DNA from: Octopus vulgaris
Taxonomy: Eukaryota
NCBI GenBank assembly: GCA_951406725.2
Contig: OX597832.1
Location: 33,356,001-33,420,000, forward strand
DNA length: 64,000 bases
Reading direction: 5' to 3'
Shown here: positions 45,262 through 59,070 of the stretch, piece by piece
How positions within the stretch are numbered: position 1 is the first letter of the stretch
Layout: each line of letters opens with the position of its first letter
The notes under the pieces: model-generated
Database searches by the model: none
Told to the model about the DNA's origin: nothing
Seen by the model: the letters and a program-made list of their open reading frames with translations, nothing else
Program-made: the position numbers and the translations under genes

Positions 45262-45827
45262 GTATATGTATATATATATACATACACACACACACCACAT
45301 TTCTTCCTCTCTGGATCATTGTTTCTTGCACCCATTCGCCATCTAGCATCCGTAAACTACCCCCTCTCTCTCACTTTTCTTCCCACTCTTCTTTCTCTAT
45401 TATAATTCCCTCCTTCCTTCCTCTCTTTCTCTCCCGTATCACTCTTCCTCCCGAATCCTTCCACCCTCTTCCTGTGTTCCACTTTCTCCCTGGAGATTTT
45501 ATGTTCGCTTCGTTTCAAGGTTACATATTCAATGCTGCAATGGTAATGCATGGTGTTCACACCATTCATAAAAGCATTGGCTGTAAAATAAATAAAATGA
45601 AATGATAAAATAAATATAAAATTTAACAATATAGAAAATATTTCAAGAATTTGGTTCTGTCGAAGCTGATCAAGTGCTCTGCGACTAAGCACCACTAATT
45701 TTCTACAATAATTTACACTTAGATCTCACAAATGAATATTAATTTCAGTTGCTGTTGACATAATGTTAAACATGTAAATGAGAAACCAACATGGAGTTTA
45801 TATTTACGACGTACTACAATTAAGAAT

Positions 45828-46790
45828 ATTGCTTTCAAATTTTGGCACAAGGCCGGCAATCTCAAAGGAGGCTGCTACTCGATTACATTAATGCAAGAGC
45901 GCAACTGGCACCAATTTCTATGGAACCCGAAAGGGACGAAAGAAAATTCGATTTCGTCAGAATTTCAATTCTGAACACAAACACGGACGAAATGCCGCGA
46001 AGCATTTTTCCGAGGGTGCTAACGATTCGGCCATCTTGCCGCCGTACAAAATCTAAATACTGGCAAAAAAAAAAATCATTATTATTTAGGCAGCGATCTA
46101 GTGAAGTCGTTAACACACAAGACAGAATGCCTAATGGCATATCTTACGACTATACGATCTGAGTTCAGATTCTGCCGAGGTCGACTTCGCCATTCTTCCT
46201 TTCGGAATCGATGAAATAAGTACCAGCCAATCACCGGGGTTAATATAATCGATTAGCGATACCCCAAAATTTCAGACCTTGTTCATATATTATTAAGGCG
46301 GCAGTGAGCTGAGAAAATTTTGAGTGCAACGAATAATAATGCATTTCTCCTTTCAGGGTTTCGAGTTTCATAAAATCCAGTCAACAACTAGTGTCGATAT
46401 AATCAGCTAAATCGTTTCCATTAACATTGCGAGCCAGAAAAATTACTAAACAAACATTTCTTCCGGTTTTTCATTCGGATTTCTTATGCTACGGAGGTCG
46501 GATTTACTTTTCATATTCTTCGAATCGTACCAGTTCTGCATTGGGGTCGACTAGACCACTAAACTGCAAGATTTAGGGCATTGTACTTATAGTAGAAAAA
46601 AAACATTATTGTGATCCTGAAGGCAGCGAGCTGGTCAAATCGTCAGCGCCCAGTTACAATGCTTACTGGCATATCTTCCTGCTTTACTGAGGTTTTAATT
46701 CCACGGATAACGGCCGTCATTCATTCTTTCGGGATATAATGGATTTGCCCCACCTTCCCAAAATTTCAAACCCGGGTGTCTATGGACAAA
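45828..46790. mobile_element. Cluster of about five decayed family-A SINEs (first minus, rest plus)
   Basis: Blocks such as gagttcagattctgccgaggtcgacttcgcc, aaggcagcgagctgg and ttggggtcgactag. Confidence 0.8.
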
Positions 46791-47624
46791 GACATGGGAT
46801 TATTTTACACTCTAACCTTACGTAATAAATGCTTCCGCGTTGGACCGGTCTGCTTTAAGATTTAAGACTCATGCGTTCAACTCGTCAACCTGCTGTAATT
46901 GTTATTTGTTGACACTGACCTTCTGTTACGTTGAATAATGCCTCCCCGCGTGAAAACAAACGCAGCTAACAGTAAAATGGCTGAAAAATATAACGGTAAT
47001 GTATGATTATGCTAAATGTTCTAGGCTGTACATAGTGTCTGGATCGTGGGAAATGTATAATACAGCCATATTCAAGCTACCTGGATGCAGTATGTAAATA
47101 AAGTTTTCTCTAATTCTATTTATTTGTTTATTCATTTTATATTTTATCTCTCGTTTCTCTCACAGGAGAATCCTTGATGTTCCTCTTTTATTTTTAACTC
47201 ACTTCTAATTTATAGTTATTGGTAAATTTTTTTAGACTAAGATTCTAATTTTGGTCTCGTGTCTCATTCAACCAGTGTTAGATGAAGAAGCAGTCTAGTG
47301 AAAATAAAAGTCCCACTCAAGGCTAATTTTACGATAAATTTGATCGAAATTTCGAGTCTCAGGGGCAGCGATTTTTTGCTCCTAAAAATAATTTAAAATA
47401 GTAACCTTAAACATTTATTTTTTGCAAGAATATTTGTAGTTTCCTTCCACAGAAATTACAGTTGTTCATAGTAAAATATATTCGAACACTATTCAGTTAT
47501 GCTGACACTTAGATCAGTAGAGCAACACATCTTATCACACCTACACTGGTAAGAAGAAGCCCAAGGGCTCGAAGTGGTTCCCAGACTATCTGACAGGTTA
47601 TGCGCATGCACTTAGTTTACAGGC

Positions 47625-47892
47625 GATTGAGTGTATGTGTGTGTGTATGTGTGAGCGTGCTTGTGTATTTGAGTGTATGTGCGTGTATGAGCGTGCTTGT
47701 GTATTTTTGAGTGTATGTGAGTATGTGTGTGTATGAACGTGCTTGTGTATTTGAGTTTATGTGAGTGTAGGTGCGTGTATGAACGTGCATGTGTATTTCA
47801 GTGTATTTGAGTGTGTGTGCGTGTGTGTGTATGAGCGTGCTTGTGTATTTGAGTGTATTTCAGTGTAGGCGAGTGTGTGTGCGTGTGTGTGT
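47625..47892. repeat. Minisatellite, core tgarcgtgcttgtgtatttgagtgtatgtg, about five variable units
   Basis: Recurring gcgtgcttgtgtattt. Confidence 0.85.
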
Positions 47893-48033
47893 ATTAAGTT
47901 TACGCTTCCTCGGTGTCTTCCACTTTTAATATCATTTTCACTCATCAATCACGTTTTCGAGACTTATCAGATATGTATGTGTAAGTATGGCACTGCTGCC
48001 GTACAGCCATACATGCATAGTTATGCATATATA

Positions 48034-48134
<101 letters not shown>

Positions 48135-48259
48135 TACATATAGGGCTTGATAGACAAATAGACATTTCATTTATTGTTGTCCAGACATCAATTTATTATT
48201 GAATAAATTGGATTCTCCGGAACAATTCCTTCACTGAAAATTTTGTGCATTCTTCCCTT

Positions 48260-48303
<44 letters not shown>

Positions 48304-48536
48304 CCTGTTACTATCTCTCTTCGACTCTCACTATCTCCAATCTCGTTTTCTTCCCTACAAAGTATCTTTGCTATCAGATACAGACAGATATTTTTTCTCA
48401 TTTCCTTTCTTATAATAATCCATCTGTTATGTTTGTTTGTCTCTTTCTTCAGATATTTTTATTAAATTATTATTTCCTCCATTTAATACATTAATCTTTT
48501 ACACATTTAAAACTGGCTTAATGCTTATCCATATCT

Positions 48537-48615
<79 letters not shown>

Positions 48616-48641
48616 CAGAGACAGAGACACAAACACTCTCC

Positions 48642-48681
<40 letters not shown>

Positions 48682-48984
48682 TCACGTGCGGCGCGCATAT
48701 ACATAAGTAAATGCTTATATATCTATTATGCGTGCGTGTGTATATTTACATACACATTTACCTTGGTGGAGGTATGTAAATGTGACCAAAACATAGGCGT
48801 CGCAAACAAGGTGTTGCATGTTCAGTCCTGTGTACTGAAGCTTCGCCAAGTATATTCTAAAATAGGCCTATTTTGTCGATGAAATCTGCGCCAAAACTGA
48901 CCACGCAAACACACACACACACATAGATGCACCCATGCAGTGTGTGTGTATATGTGCGTGTTGTGTGTATAAATACACACACAC

Positions 48985-49274
48985 TTACACGGTAACGAGG
49001 TTGAGAATCACGATTTACGACACAATCACCTGGTTTCACATTCGGTCCCAGCGCTCGCAAACTTAGGCGAGTGTCCTCCTCTGTAACCCCAGGCTAGGGT
49101 ATTGATGTTTGTTCCCATCACACCTCTTCAATGAGATTATTGGTTTGTTCAGTCCGCACGTGACTTAAGATTTCGGCAAAGGAGAGGACAGAATATGTGA
49201 CAAACTTGGAAAGCGAGAGTGCTCCGTTGGAGTTATTTGATGGAAGCCTTCAATTAGTAGAGCAAACAAGATAA

Positions 49275-49332
<58 letters not shown>

Positions 49333-49618
49333 TGTGTATGTGTGTGTGTGTGTGTGTTTATGTGCATGTATGTATATATAATGTGTTTGTTTATAAATGC
49401 ATGGAATTATAATTAATGACAGAAGTATTAGAAGTAATGGAGGTTTGCTTCCTTTTCTTTATACAAGTCTGAACGTTTCTAAGGAAATGAAATAAAACAC
49501 TTCTTACATTTTGTGTTTGCGTCTGCTGCTGCTGCTGCGTCAATTGATATATAAATACATATATATGTGAGTGCGAATGTGTGTCTATGTGTATGCCTAT
49601 GTACACGTGCTTTTATGT

Positions 49619-49684
<66 letters not shown>

Positions 49685-51830
49685 CATATATATATACGTG
49701 TATGTACGTATTACTATATGTATATTTTTGTGCATATTCCTTTGAGAGTGAAGTATCTTCACTAAGCTAAGAAAACGGCAGTAAGTGATGAAAAGTTTGC
49801 TTTTGCACGATTTTGTAGGAAAGCAAATATATCAACACCATTGGTCAGCTGCTGTTTCCCATTCCAGTTTAATCATAAGTCAAAGAAACAGCGATAGCAT
49901 TTCAATGGCGATGCTGATGGCGACGTAAGCATATTTATTTCTTGACGATTTTCTCTCCAAACTATAGCAGAGTCTCTTATTAAAGTAAGCGTTGACACAC
50001 GTCGGAGTAGAAGAGAGCCATTTGTTATTTCACATTATCACCATCAGCAGCCTCAGCATTAGCCATGACACCGTCGACTTGCCGAAACATAAAATATTGT
50101 TGAAGATGTGTGTTCAAAGTTCTCCTTGCTGCTCTTGTATACGTTCAGTAAAGTACAAACGCATCTATAAATCTATGTGTGCGTATGGGAAGATGTTTGA
50201 TGTGGTGGTCAGATTGTGGAATTCACGATCATAAAGAAGCTGGGTCGAATCCAGGATCGTTGTACTCCTGAGGCACCTTAGGCATTACAACACCGGCTGA
50301 CCTTGATAGACAGATACCGCAGGGAAATCTGTCGGGTGTGTGGTATGTATATATATATGCTTGTGTATATACATGCGTAATTGTGTGTGTGTGTGTGTGT
50401 GTGTTTGTCGCCCAACAACGTTTGACAACCGGCTGTGGTTTATGTCACGGTACCTTGACAATTCCGTAAAAGCAACTGATAGAATCCTTACCAGAATTAA
50501 AGGTAAGTACTAAGGTGGATTAGTTCAACCAAACCAATGAAGGTGGGACCCTAACTTGGCTGCAGTCCAGTGACTGATAAAGACTAAAGGTAAAAGAGAT
50601 GCCCAGCCATAATGCATCGATCCATCCCTGCATACATAGTGATGCATACTATTATACAATAATGATATATATTGTAATTACAACAATTAGTCATTTAGCG
50701 TCTAATTAACAATTTTAGATCGTTCACTATATTGTTTTACGGTAACGGCATCGGTCCTCTGCTACCTGAGCTTACATGCCACTGATCTCACTTTTACATT
50801 GTCTTCCCTAGTGTAGGATAGAAAAATACAGTACCAACTGAGTAACTGGGTAGAGTTTTCTCCCTTTCTTTCACTCTTCATTTCTTGTTCAAATGTGGAG
50901 ACAGTACGCGCTACGCCATGTATAAAAATATGTACACAAAATACGCTGTAAGTCGTGGACGCAGTCTTCAGTACGAACTTAACGGTGCAATGCAAGGCTC
51001 GACATACATTTATATATATTTGTACCTTTGTGCTTATATATACCATAATATATCTCTTAATATCACATTGCTAACTTCCCGGCAGAAGCACGTGTGTGTG
51101 TGTGTGTATGCGTGTGTGTGTGTGTATGTGTGCCTGTGTGTCTCTGTGTGTGCGTGCATGGGCGTGCGTGTCTGTGTGTATATGGCTTTGTGTTTGGTTT
51201 TGTGCCTATGTGTAGAGGTGTCAGCTTCTATATGAACGTGCGTGTGTATGTGCTTCTGCTATTGCCTGTCTGAATATATGTGTAAGTGCTGATATGTCAG
51301 AATGATATAAAGTTACGTTTTGCCACCATTTTAACAATAATACCACTAAGTTTCCGATCTGACATTAGATAAATATTTATCGTCTGCAACGGGGACATTT
51401 ATCTTGACGACATTCTACATTTACTTATAGGTTTTCGCCCAACAAATTAATGTTTGCTTTTGTTTTCTAATGTGTTTCATACTTTTTTCTACTAATTTAA
51501 CTTATCAAAACATATAATATTGATTCGAAAGATTGATTAGAATCACGTGACAGTTAATTGCATCTCTACAGGCGCCGGCATGGTTGTGTGCTTAGCAAGT
51601 TGTCTTCGCGGCAATGTGATTCCGGTTTCGTCTCATCGCTTGGGGGTTTCACCCAGTTTCTTCTACTATAGACTTGGAGTGACCAATGCCACATGTGAGA
51701 ATCTGTTCGACTGGAACCTCACGGAAGTTCTTCACTGTAAAGATGTGTGAGTGCGTTTGAGTTTATTTCACACAACTTGACAGATTTAATTTTATGTTGC
51801 CTTAACTTAGTGATTCGACAAAAAGTAATG
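48985..51830 (+). mobile_element. Three decayed family-B SINE copies (about 48985-49270, 50195-50600, 51570-51830)
   Basis: Similar to the family-B head (ggcatggttgtg..., ttcggtccca) and tail (ttgacaaccgg..gatagaat..ggctgcagtccagtgactga). Confidence 0.6.
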
Positions 51831-53544
51831 TGTCTGAAGATACAAATGGACTCCGTTCACACATCCGGTAAAATTCTTCATAGTTCAAAACGTTGCTTAC
51901 GTTTTACTCAACCTGATAGTAGCGATAGGAGAGACAGAAAGACAGATAGACTGACATTCAGAGAGAGAGACAGAGAGACAATCAGACAAACAGGGAGGTA
52001 GGAGGTCAGCGTACATGTGGACCAGCTACTGAAGCATTTGAATTAGGGAGTTATTGCTAGTCAGGTAAGTGGTACTTCTCCAGGGGAGAATCAGAATTTC
52101 TGTGAGGCACAATATTTCTTACAGACACAAGCGCGAATGTCTAAAGAGGACTTAGTTTTTGAGATTCGAGTGGGGTTTTTTCCCCCCGAACGCAATATTT
52201 TGAATAGTGAATTTTAAAGCTACGTGGTCCTTATTTAAAACAAACTGATCTGAACTAATGAGAATTACGTGTCTTGATCACAGTTTAGAGTAATATACAA
52301 TTTGGTATTTATTTGCCGCTAAGTGGATATGGTGTAGTATATAATGTTCCCAATTTCTCCCCTCTACTGGAACCATATTTTCGTCCGAAGAAAGGGCCCA
52401 CATGTAAATGATAACCTGATATACTAGAAATAGCAGCTGAATCTCCCTGTCTATGGAGCGTAGCATTAGTACCGTCTCAAATGCGTTAAGGGAACTTTAA
52501 GGTGTATAGGCAAATTTCAGCGGAGAAACGACACTAAGGCCCCAGAAAAAAAAAGGCTGATAATGTGGTCCTTGATGCACAGTGTTTAAATAGAGGTTGA
52601 GAAAGATTTGACCGGAATCCTTTTGACTATTGTTCTACGTAATAAAGAATATGACACCAAATATCAATAACAAAAACATTACTTTATATTCACATTGATT
52701 TTAAATGAAATGTAATATTCATTCAACTTTGATTAATTTTAAATATCATCGCCATTTATATTTCTCATCTTAATTGAAATATTTATGGAAAAATTATTTC
52801 CGTCTTTATTCTTGCAGCTTCAAAGTATCCTAGGAGAAACCTTGGATTGATACTCGTCACGAAGTTACAAATAATCTCTTTTAAAAAGGAAACCACATCA
52901 GTAATTCAATTCCCCTGATGTTGCTATTTCAATTCATTCAAGCCATTAATGGCCGTTATGCAATGTAGAAAAGTAACACTTAATATATTTCCTGTCCCTA
53001 GACATATATGAACTCTGTGGCTACTAAAGTGAAAACAGAAATGAATGTGATATTTCAGCTCCGGATTTAATTAAAATTTCATCTAGTTAAGCCTCACATT
53101 GAAATGCTAATCAAATTGAATGAGCAATTGATAGAAATCTTATTTGAAAGTTTATAGGAAATGAATGTAAATCGTATGCTCTACTAACGCCGCTAATTAA
53201 AACGATCAAATTTAGATGTGTAAATTAATGGTCGTGCGAAATGTACGATAGAAAGAAAAGATAGATTGCACAGTGACTGCGATTTTCATTTTTAGAATGT
53301 GGTGATTACATACGATTCATAATTTGATTCATAATTTACACAATATCAGTTGTAGTGTTGGCTAATGTGAAAAACATTACATGTTCCTTTATAAATTTAT
53401 TTGTCTCTATCTTTCTTTGTCTGTCTATCTCTGAACACACACACACGGACACACACACACATACACACACATACATACACACACACACACACACAAATAC
53501 ACATGTACTTTTGTGCATGCGCGTGTATTTATGTTCCATCTTTC

Positions 53545-53855
53545 AGGACTGCGCCAATGCTGGAGCACAGCCTTCAAATATTTTGTCAAACAAGTCAACA
53601 GGTGTGTACGTAATATATCGTATTTTTATACACAACTTCTAAGATGAGGAGACGTAAACATATCAACACCGGTTACGAAGCGCGGAAGGCAAACGCACAC
53701 ACGTATACAATGAGCTTCCACACAGTTTTCATGAACCATATTCACCCAAAGCAGTAGTTGGCCTGGGGCTAAATTATAATACGCTTGTGCAATGTGCTGC
53801 ACAGAAGAACTGAACTTGAAACCACGTGAATGCGAAGCGAAGTGCTTAACCACAC
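53545..53855 (-). mobile_element. Family-B SINE, decayed, followed by (TATG)n at 53856-54045
   Basis: atgctggagcacagcc..gacgtaaacatatcaacaccggtt..actgaacttgaaaccacgtg..cttaaccacac. Confidence 0.7.
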
Positions 53856-54452
53856 ATGTATGCATGCATGTGTGTATGTATGTATGTATGTATGTATGTA
53901 TGTATGTATGTATGTATGCATGCATGTATGTATGTATGTATGTATGTATGTATGTATGTATGTATGTATGTATGTATGAATGTATGTATGCATGCATGTA
54001 TGTATGTATGTATGTATGTATGTATGTATGTATGTATGTATGTGTATGCCTATATATGTGTGTGTTTGTGTAATCATCCGTAATGAAACGATTTGATTAA
54101 CATTTCAGTGTAAGGCTTAACTAGACGAAATCTTAATTAAACCCGAAGCTCCTTATTAAGTTTAGATTTCATGGGTAACGGAATGAGAAATCCTTCGGAG
54201 AGACAAATGTTTTAACAAGAGACAGGAATCCTTTGCACTGACGCTTCCTAATGTTCCCAGCAAAATCCCTTCTGAGATTGCTTCCTATCTATCCATGACC
54301 TTTATATATTTTTATCTCTTTATTTTATCGATCCCTGTCGTACATTTATCAAAGGTTTGTAGCAGATATGTTTATATATTCGTTTATTTATCTGCTTATA
54401 TATATATTTTTATATACCTATTTATTAATAATTTTTTATTAATAAATAAAAC

Positions 54453-54553
<101 letters not shown>

Positions 54554-54589
54554 ATGTGTGTGTGGTAGTCATTTCAATGAACAAACAAT

Positions 54590-54790
54590 TCAAAGATCAA
54601 ATAAAAACGAAAAAAGAAAAGAAACACGAGAACGTGCACAAGAATTGTATTCGTTTAACGGTCGGTGAATGAAGAGAGTTTAAAGGTTTCGCGCATAGCT
54701 CTTCGTCGGAAAGGAGAAAAGGAAAAGTCCAAAGAAGAAGAAGGAAAATCGTCAGTGGCCCACGTTTGGTTACAATTCTGAAGTATATAT
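54590..54790 (-). mobile_element. Copy 2 of the hammerhead-like repeat
   Basis: Minus strand reads ttcagaattgtaaccaaacgtggg..cgattttcc..ttctcctttCCGACGAAGAGCTATGCGCGAAAC, homologous to 1864-1965. Confidence 0.6.
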
Positions 54791-55305
54791 ATTGTCAATA
54801 TATGCATGTTCATAGTTATAGACATATTTTGCCTCCTCATAATTTCCGGGGAAAATGTATAGTCTACCACACTCATAATTTATAAAATTCATTACACCAA
54901 CTGCATTCTATATTGCTATTTATTAGTCAGTCTTTGATAGTTACCAATATGAAATATTGCATCCATTGAGAACGAAGAACACCATGGAGCATTTCGCTGA
55001 GGACCACTTTATTCCCAATATCGAATCCTCAAATGGAAAGTATACATTCCTGAGACTGACTATTACACGCTATTCTTTCTTTGATTAGAGCTACTCGTTA
55101 ATTTGAATTTGGAGTTTTAAATTTTAAATGTGCGAAACTTAATCAATATCAAATGAAACATAGCAACTGAGCAAATTTGATCTTTGCTTGCCAGTAGTTA
55201 TGTGCATGAAAGCATATAAATATAGATACAGCAAATGATATGTATATATACATACAAACGTATATATGAATCTCCCAAGACACGATGTGTTTCTCTCTCT
55301 CTCTC

Positions 55306-55413
<108 letters not shown>

Positions 55414-56829
55414 TACATGTATATTTGTGTGTGTATTTGTGTGTATTTTCTATGAACGATATCGATTCTGTAAATTAAAATTATTCAATTTGAACATATT
55501 ACAAGAGAGAAAAATATTTATGTAAAGGCAATGGAATGGAAACTAAGAAGTTTTTGGGAACAAATTAAATTGGTTTTGCTCCACTATTCTTCCTATATCT
55601 CTTTTGAGGTCTGCAATAACTGTTCTGTTTTTCTTTTTTAATTGAAGCTACATGCTTCCTTAATTTCTTATTGAGAAAGGTGAAATCCTATTAAACTCCA
55701 CATTAAATTAACAAGTGAATTATAAACGACTGCCAATCCGTTAACGTGTGTGTCTACATGTGATGGGTGGTGGTGGTGGTGGTGGATGTTCGTCTGTGTA
55801 TGTATTTAATTTATTAGCAGAATTTTCATTCTGATGAAGTTTATTTTTCTTTCCACAAACTTATATTTAAAAAAATTATCCACCATTTTATGAAATTGAT
55901 GTTTTAACATATCGCTAGTCACTGAAATTCCAAGTTATCCGTGAAATGGATAGCGTTACTTTTTAGGGTCAGATGTTAAAGGGTTAAATGTTAGTTAAAG
56001 GGTGAAATGTCAAGTCAGATATCAAATTCTGAGCGGATTCTGCACAAAATTTGCAGTTACTTATATATTTTTCATATTTCTTGAAACAGTGATTTTGTTT
56101 GAACAAATGTAAAGATCACATCTAACAGTTCTAATATCTGCAACTATAGATAAATATTATCAGTCAAACTGCTGTAATTTTTTATAGTTAAGGGGAGACA
56201 ACTAGTACATGTGATGCATGCTAATGGAATTACTGCAAAAAATGCTGAATCCTGCATCCTAGATTGCCAGTAAAATTCCAAGTGATGGTAATAATGGACG
56301 AACACGTAAATGAGTAAATTCTACACCTTAGATACACGAAAGGACAAAAGCACAAAAGCACAAACCTTTACGGGATTAAAAATTAAAATTAAACACATGC
56401 TAATTACTACCATGGTTACAATCTGCATGTCCAACATATTTACTAAATTTTACTTCATATGTATTATCATAAAAGCTGATCCATGGTATAAAAGGAAAAT
56501 AAAAATTAAATTAAATTAAATTAACTTAAAATTTAAATTAAAAATAAATTTTTTTAGACCGGAATCTAAAAATAGGGTTAAATAACTATGTCCTCTGTGT
56601 TCTCAATTAGGTTCAAGATTGAAATATCTGGCATTTGCTAAAGGGAGTTGGTGGGTTATATTAAGGAGAAATGGCTTAATAAGTATAAGATGTGGGTAGT
56701 TGTTATGGGTGGAGAATGGGATCTAAACTCGGAATTTTGGAAAAGAGATAGGGGTATTGTTACAGGAACAATTGCTATGGCCCTCGTATATACTACTAGC
56801 AAACTAGTAGTACATATATATTTATATAT

Positions 56830-57074
56830 ATATTTAACGCATTATAAGCACTACATAGATATGTTCTACACAAATACGAAAGTCTTCATAAACATCAAGT
56901 CTGCACATAAGTGTATACAGTTGCATCGTTAAATACATACACACGCGTTTACATAAAAACGCATACATATACAGATGAATATATACTCATATATAATGCG
57001 CAGACTTGATGTTTATGAAGACTTTCGTATTTGTGTAGAATATATCTATGTATTGCTTATAATGCGTTAAATAT
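56830..57074. repeat. 75-bp inverted repeat (73/75 matches) with 95-bp spacer
   Basis: Arms at 56830-56904 and 57000-57074. Confidence 0.92.
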
Positions 57075-58278
57075 CGTTCTTTCCTAAAGTCGATATTCCG
57101 TTAACATGAAATACAAGTTCAGTATGTAAGCATAGGTGGTCGCGTACGTATATATATATATATATATATATATATGCAAACATACATACATATGTGTGTT
57201 TGTGTGTGTGTTGTGTTTGTGTGTATGCAGGTGTATCTGTTTTTCATTCACTGAAAACATTCGGCGTTATCTAATTTGCAACAAGTTTCGTTTGGTTAGC
57301 AACAAACGCAAGAATTCAACTCAAAAATGAAGCTGCAGAGTTCTTCATTCGCTGTAATCTTTTAAGATACGAATTTATAATCCCATGCTGTTAACCTCTC
57401 ACGTGATGACATTTGCAACACATCCGTTGAAATATCAAACAAAAACAAGCGACATTAGAAAAATGAAGAATTTAGAAAATTTTAACCACCATGTTTTTAA
57501 ATCTAATTACCAAAATCTCGAAATGTTTTACTTCTTTTCGTTTTAATAAAAATCATTTCCTTGATATATTTACTTGTTTGCTCGTAAGTATTCTTCACTT
57601 CTTTTTGTTCTTATTCTTCAGAGTGTATTCTTGCAACGAAAACTTTCCAACTGAAGAGCATTCTCTAATATTATAACCAAAACATCTGTACACCTCTCAG
57701 ACTTCAATAACCCGTGTTTAATTTGCTTCCTATATATATACCATATTCTCTTTTTCTTTTTTTTTTCTTTTCTATCAACTAGTAGTACTAGAAGAATCCA
57801 AAGACATCTCCGATTAACTGCAAATGCTGTTAATGAAATAAAACTTCTTTAAAAATAAAAATACAGGAATTTGTGCAGCAGAGAGAGAGAGGGAAGACTC
57901 TCATTACGCTGTCGTTATTGCTCCCAAGAACTCATACATAATTACTTCCAGACCGATCCACCTGTATGAAATATTAGAACTCGATTCATCTCACGCTGCT
58001 CGTAATTATCCTTTTTGTATGTGTCTCTGTGATATAATGGCTGACTGCATCAGATTATAGGAATACTGGACGTCATACAGTGAATGCAATATACTGTATT
58101 AAAAGTAAACATTAATGACAGCATGGTAAAGCGTCTACCTTGGAAACAACCTGGTTCAGGATTCAGTCCCTTACGCGTCGCCTTACGTGGCCTCTGTAAC
58201 GAGGAGTCGCTCTGTGAGCGAATTTGGCAGGTGGAAATTGTGTGGAATCCCGCCCTATATTTGATATATATATATAAA

Positions 58279-58751
58279 TACTCTTTTACTCTTTTACATG
58301 CTTTAGTAATTTGATTGCGGCCATGCTGGAGCACCGCCTTTGGTCGAGCAAATCGACCCCAGAACTTGTCATTTGTAAGCCTAGTACTTATTCTATCGGT
58401 ATCTTTTGCCGAACCGCTAAGTTACGGGGACGTAAACACACCACCATCGGTTGTCAAGCGATGTTGGGGGGACAAAATCAGACACAGACAGACACACACG
58501 TACATATATACATATATATATATAATAGAAATATTAAAATTACTAAGTCTCTATAAAAGAGAACAACGGCAGCGTTTCCGGAAAATAATAGTTATCGCCA
58601 TACTAATAAGTTATATATATACAACGGTCTTCTTTCGTTTTCCGTCTACCAAATCCACTCACAAGGCTTTGGTCGGCCCTAGGCTATAGTAGAAACCACT
58701 TGCCGAAGTGGGACTGAACCCGGAAACATGTGGTTGGTAAGCAAGCTACTT
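58279..58751 (-). mobile_element. Family-B tRNA-derived SINE, body and tail; its head is displaced to 61192-61231
   Basis: Sense reads ccacatgtttccgggttcagtcccact..tctactatagcctagggccgaccaaagccttgtgagtggatttggtagacggaaa, then an internal microsatellite, then a tail ending agtaaaagagta. Confidence 0.9.
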
Positions 58752-59070
58752 TATTTCAACAATTTTGCCACTAGGGCAGCACACAGAGTAGCTACGGGCT
58801 GGACAAGGACATTAATGGATGATGGTGGTGGTAGATGAAGATGGTGATGGGAGAAGTCAAAAAGCGCCCGCCGACTCTCGCTTCTCTAAAACAATGTTCA
58901 ATAATTACATTTAATACAATGATTACAAATTACAAATTTTAGAGTAGGCAATAAACCTCCTCTTCAACCTGTTACAAAAATGTTAAAATTAACATTCAAT
59001 TACAAATTTTACAAATTTTAGAGGAGGCAATGAACCTCCTCTTCCACATGTTACAAAGATGTTACACAAC

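Noticed and set aside
57648-57690. ctgaagagc..caaaac as a hammerhead remnant
   Set aside because: GAAA and stem II are not preserved, and it is a single copy.
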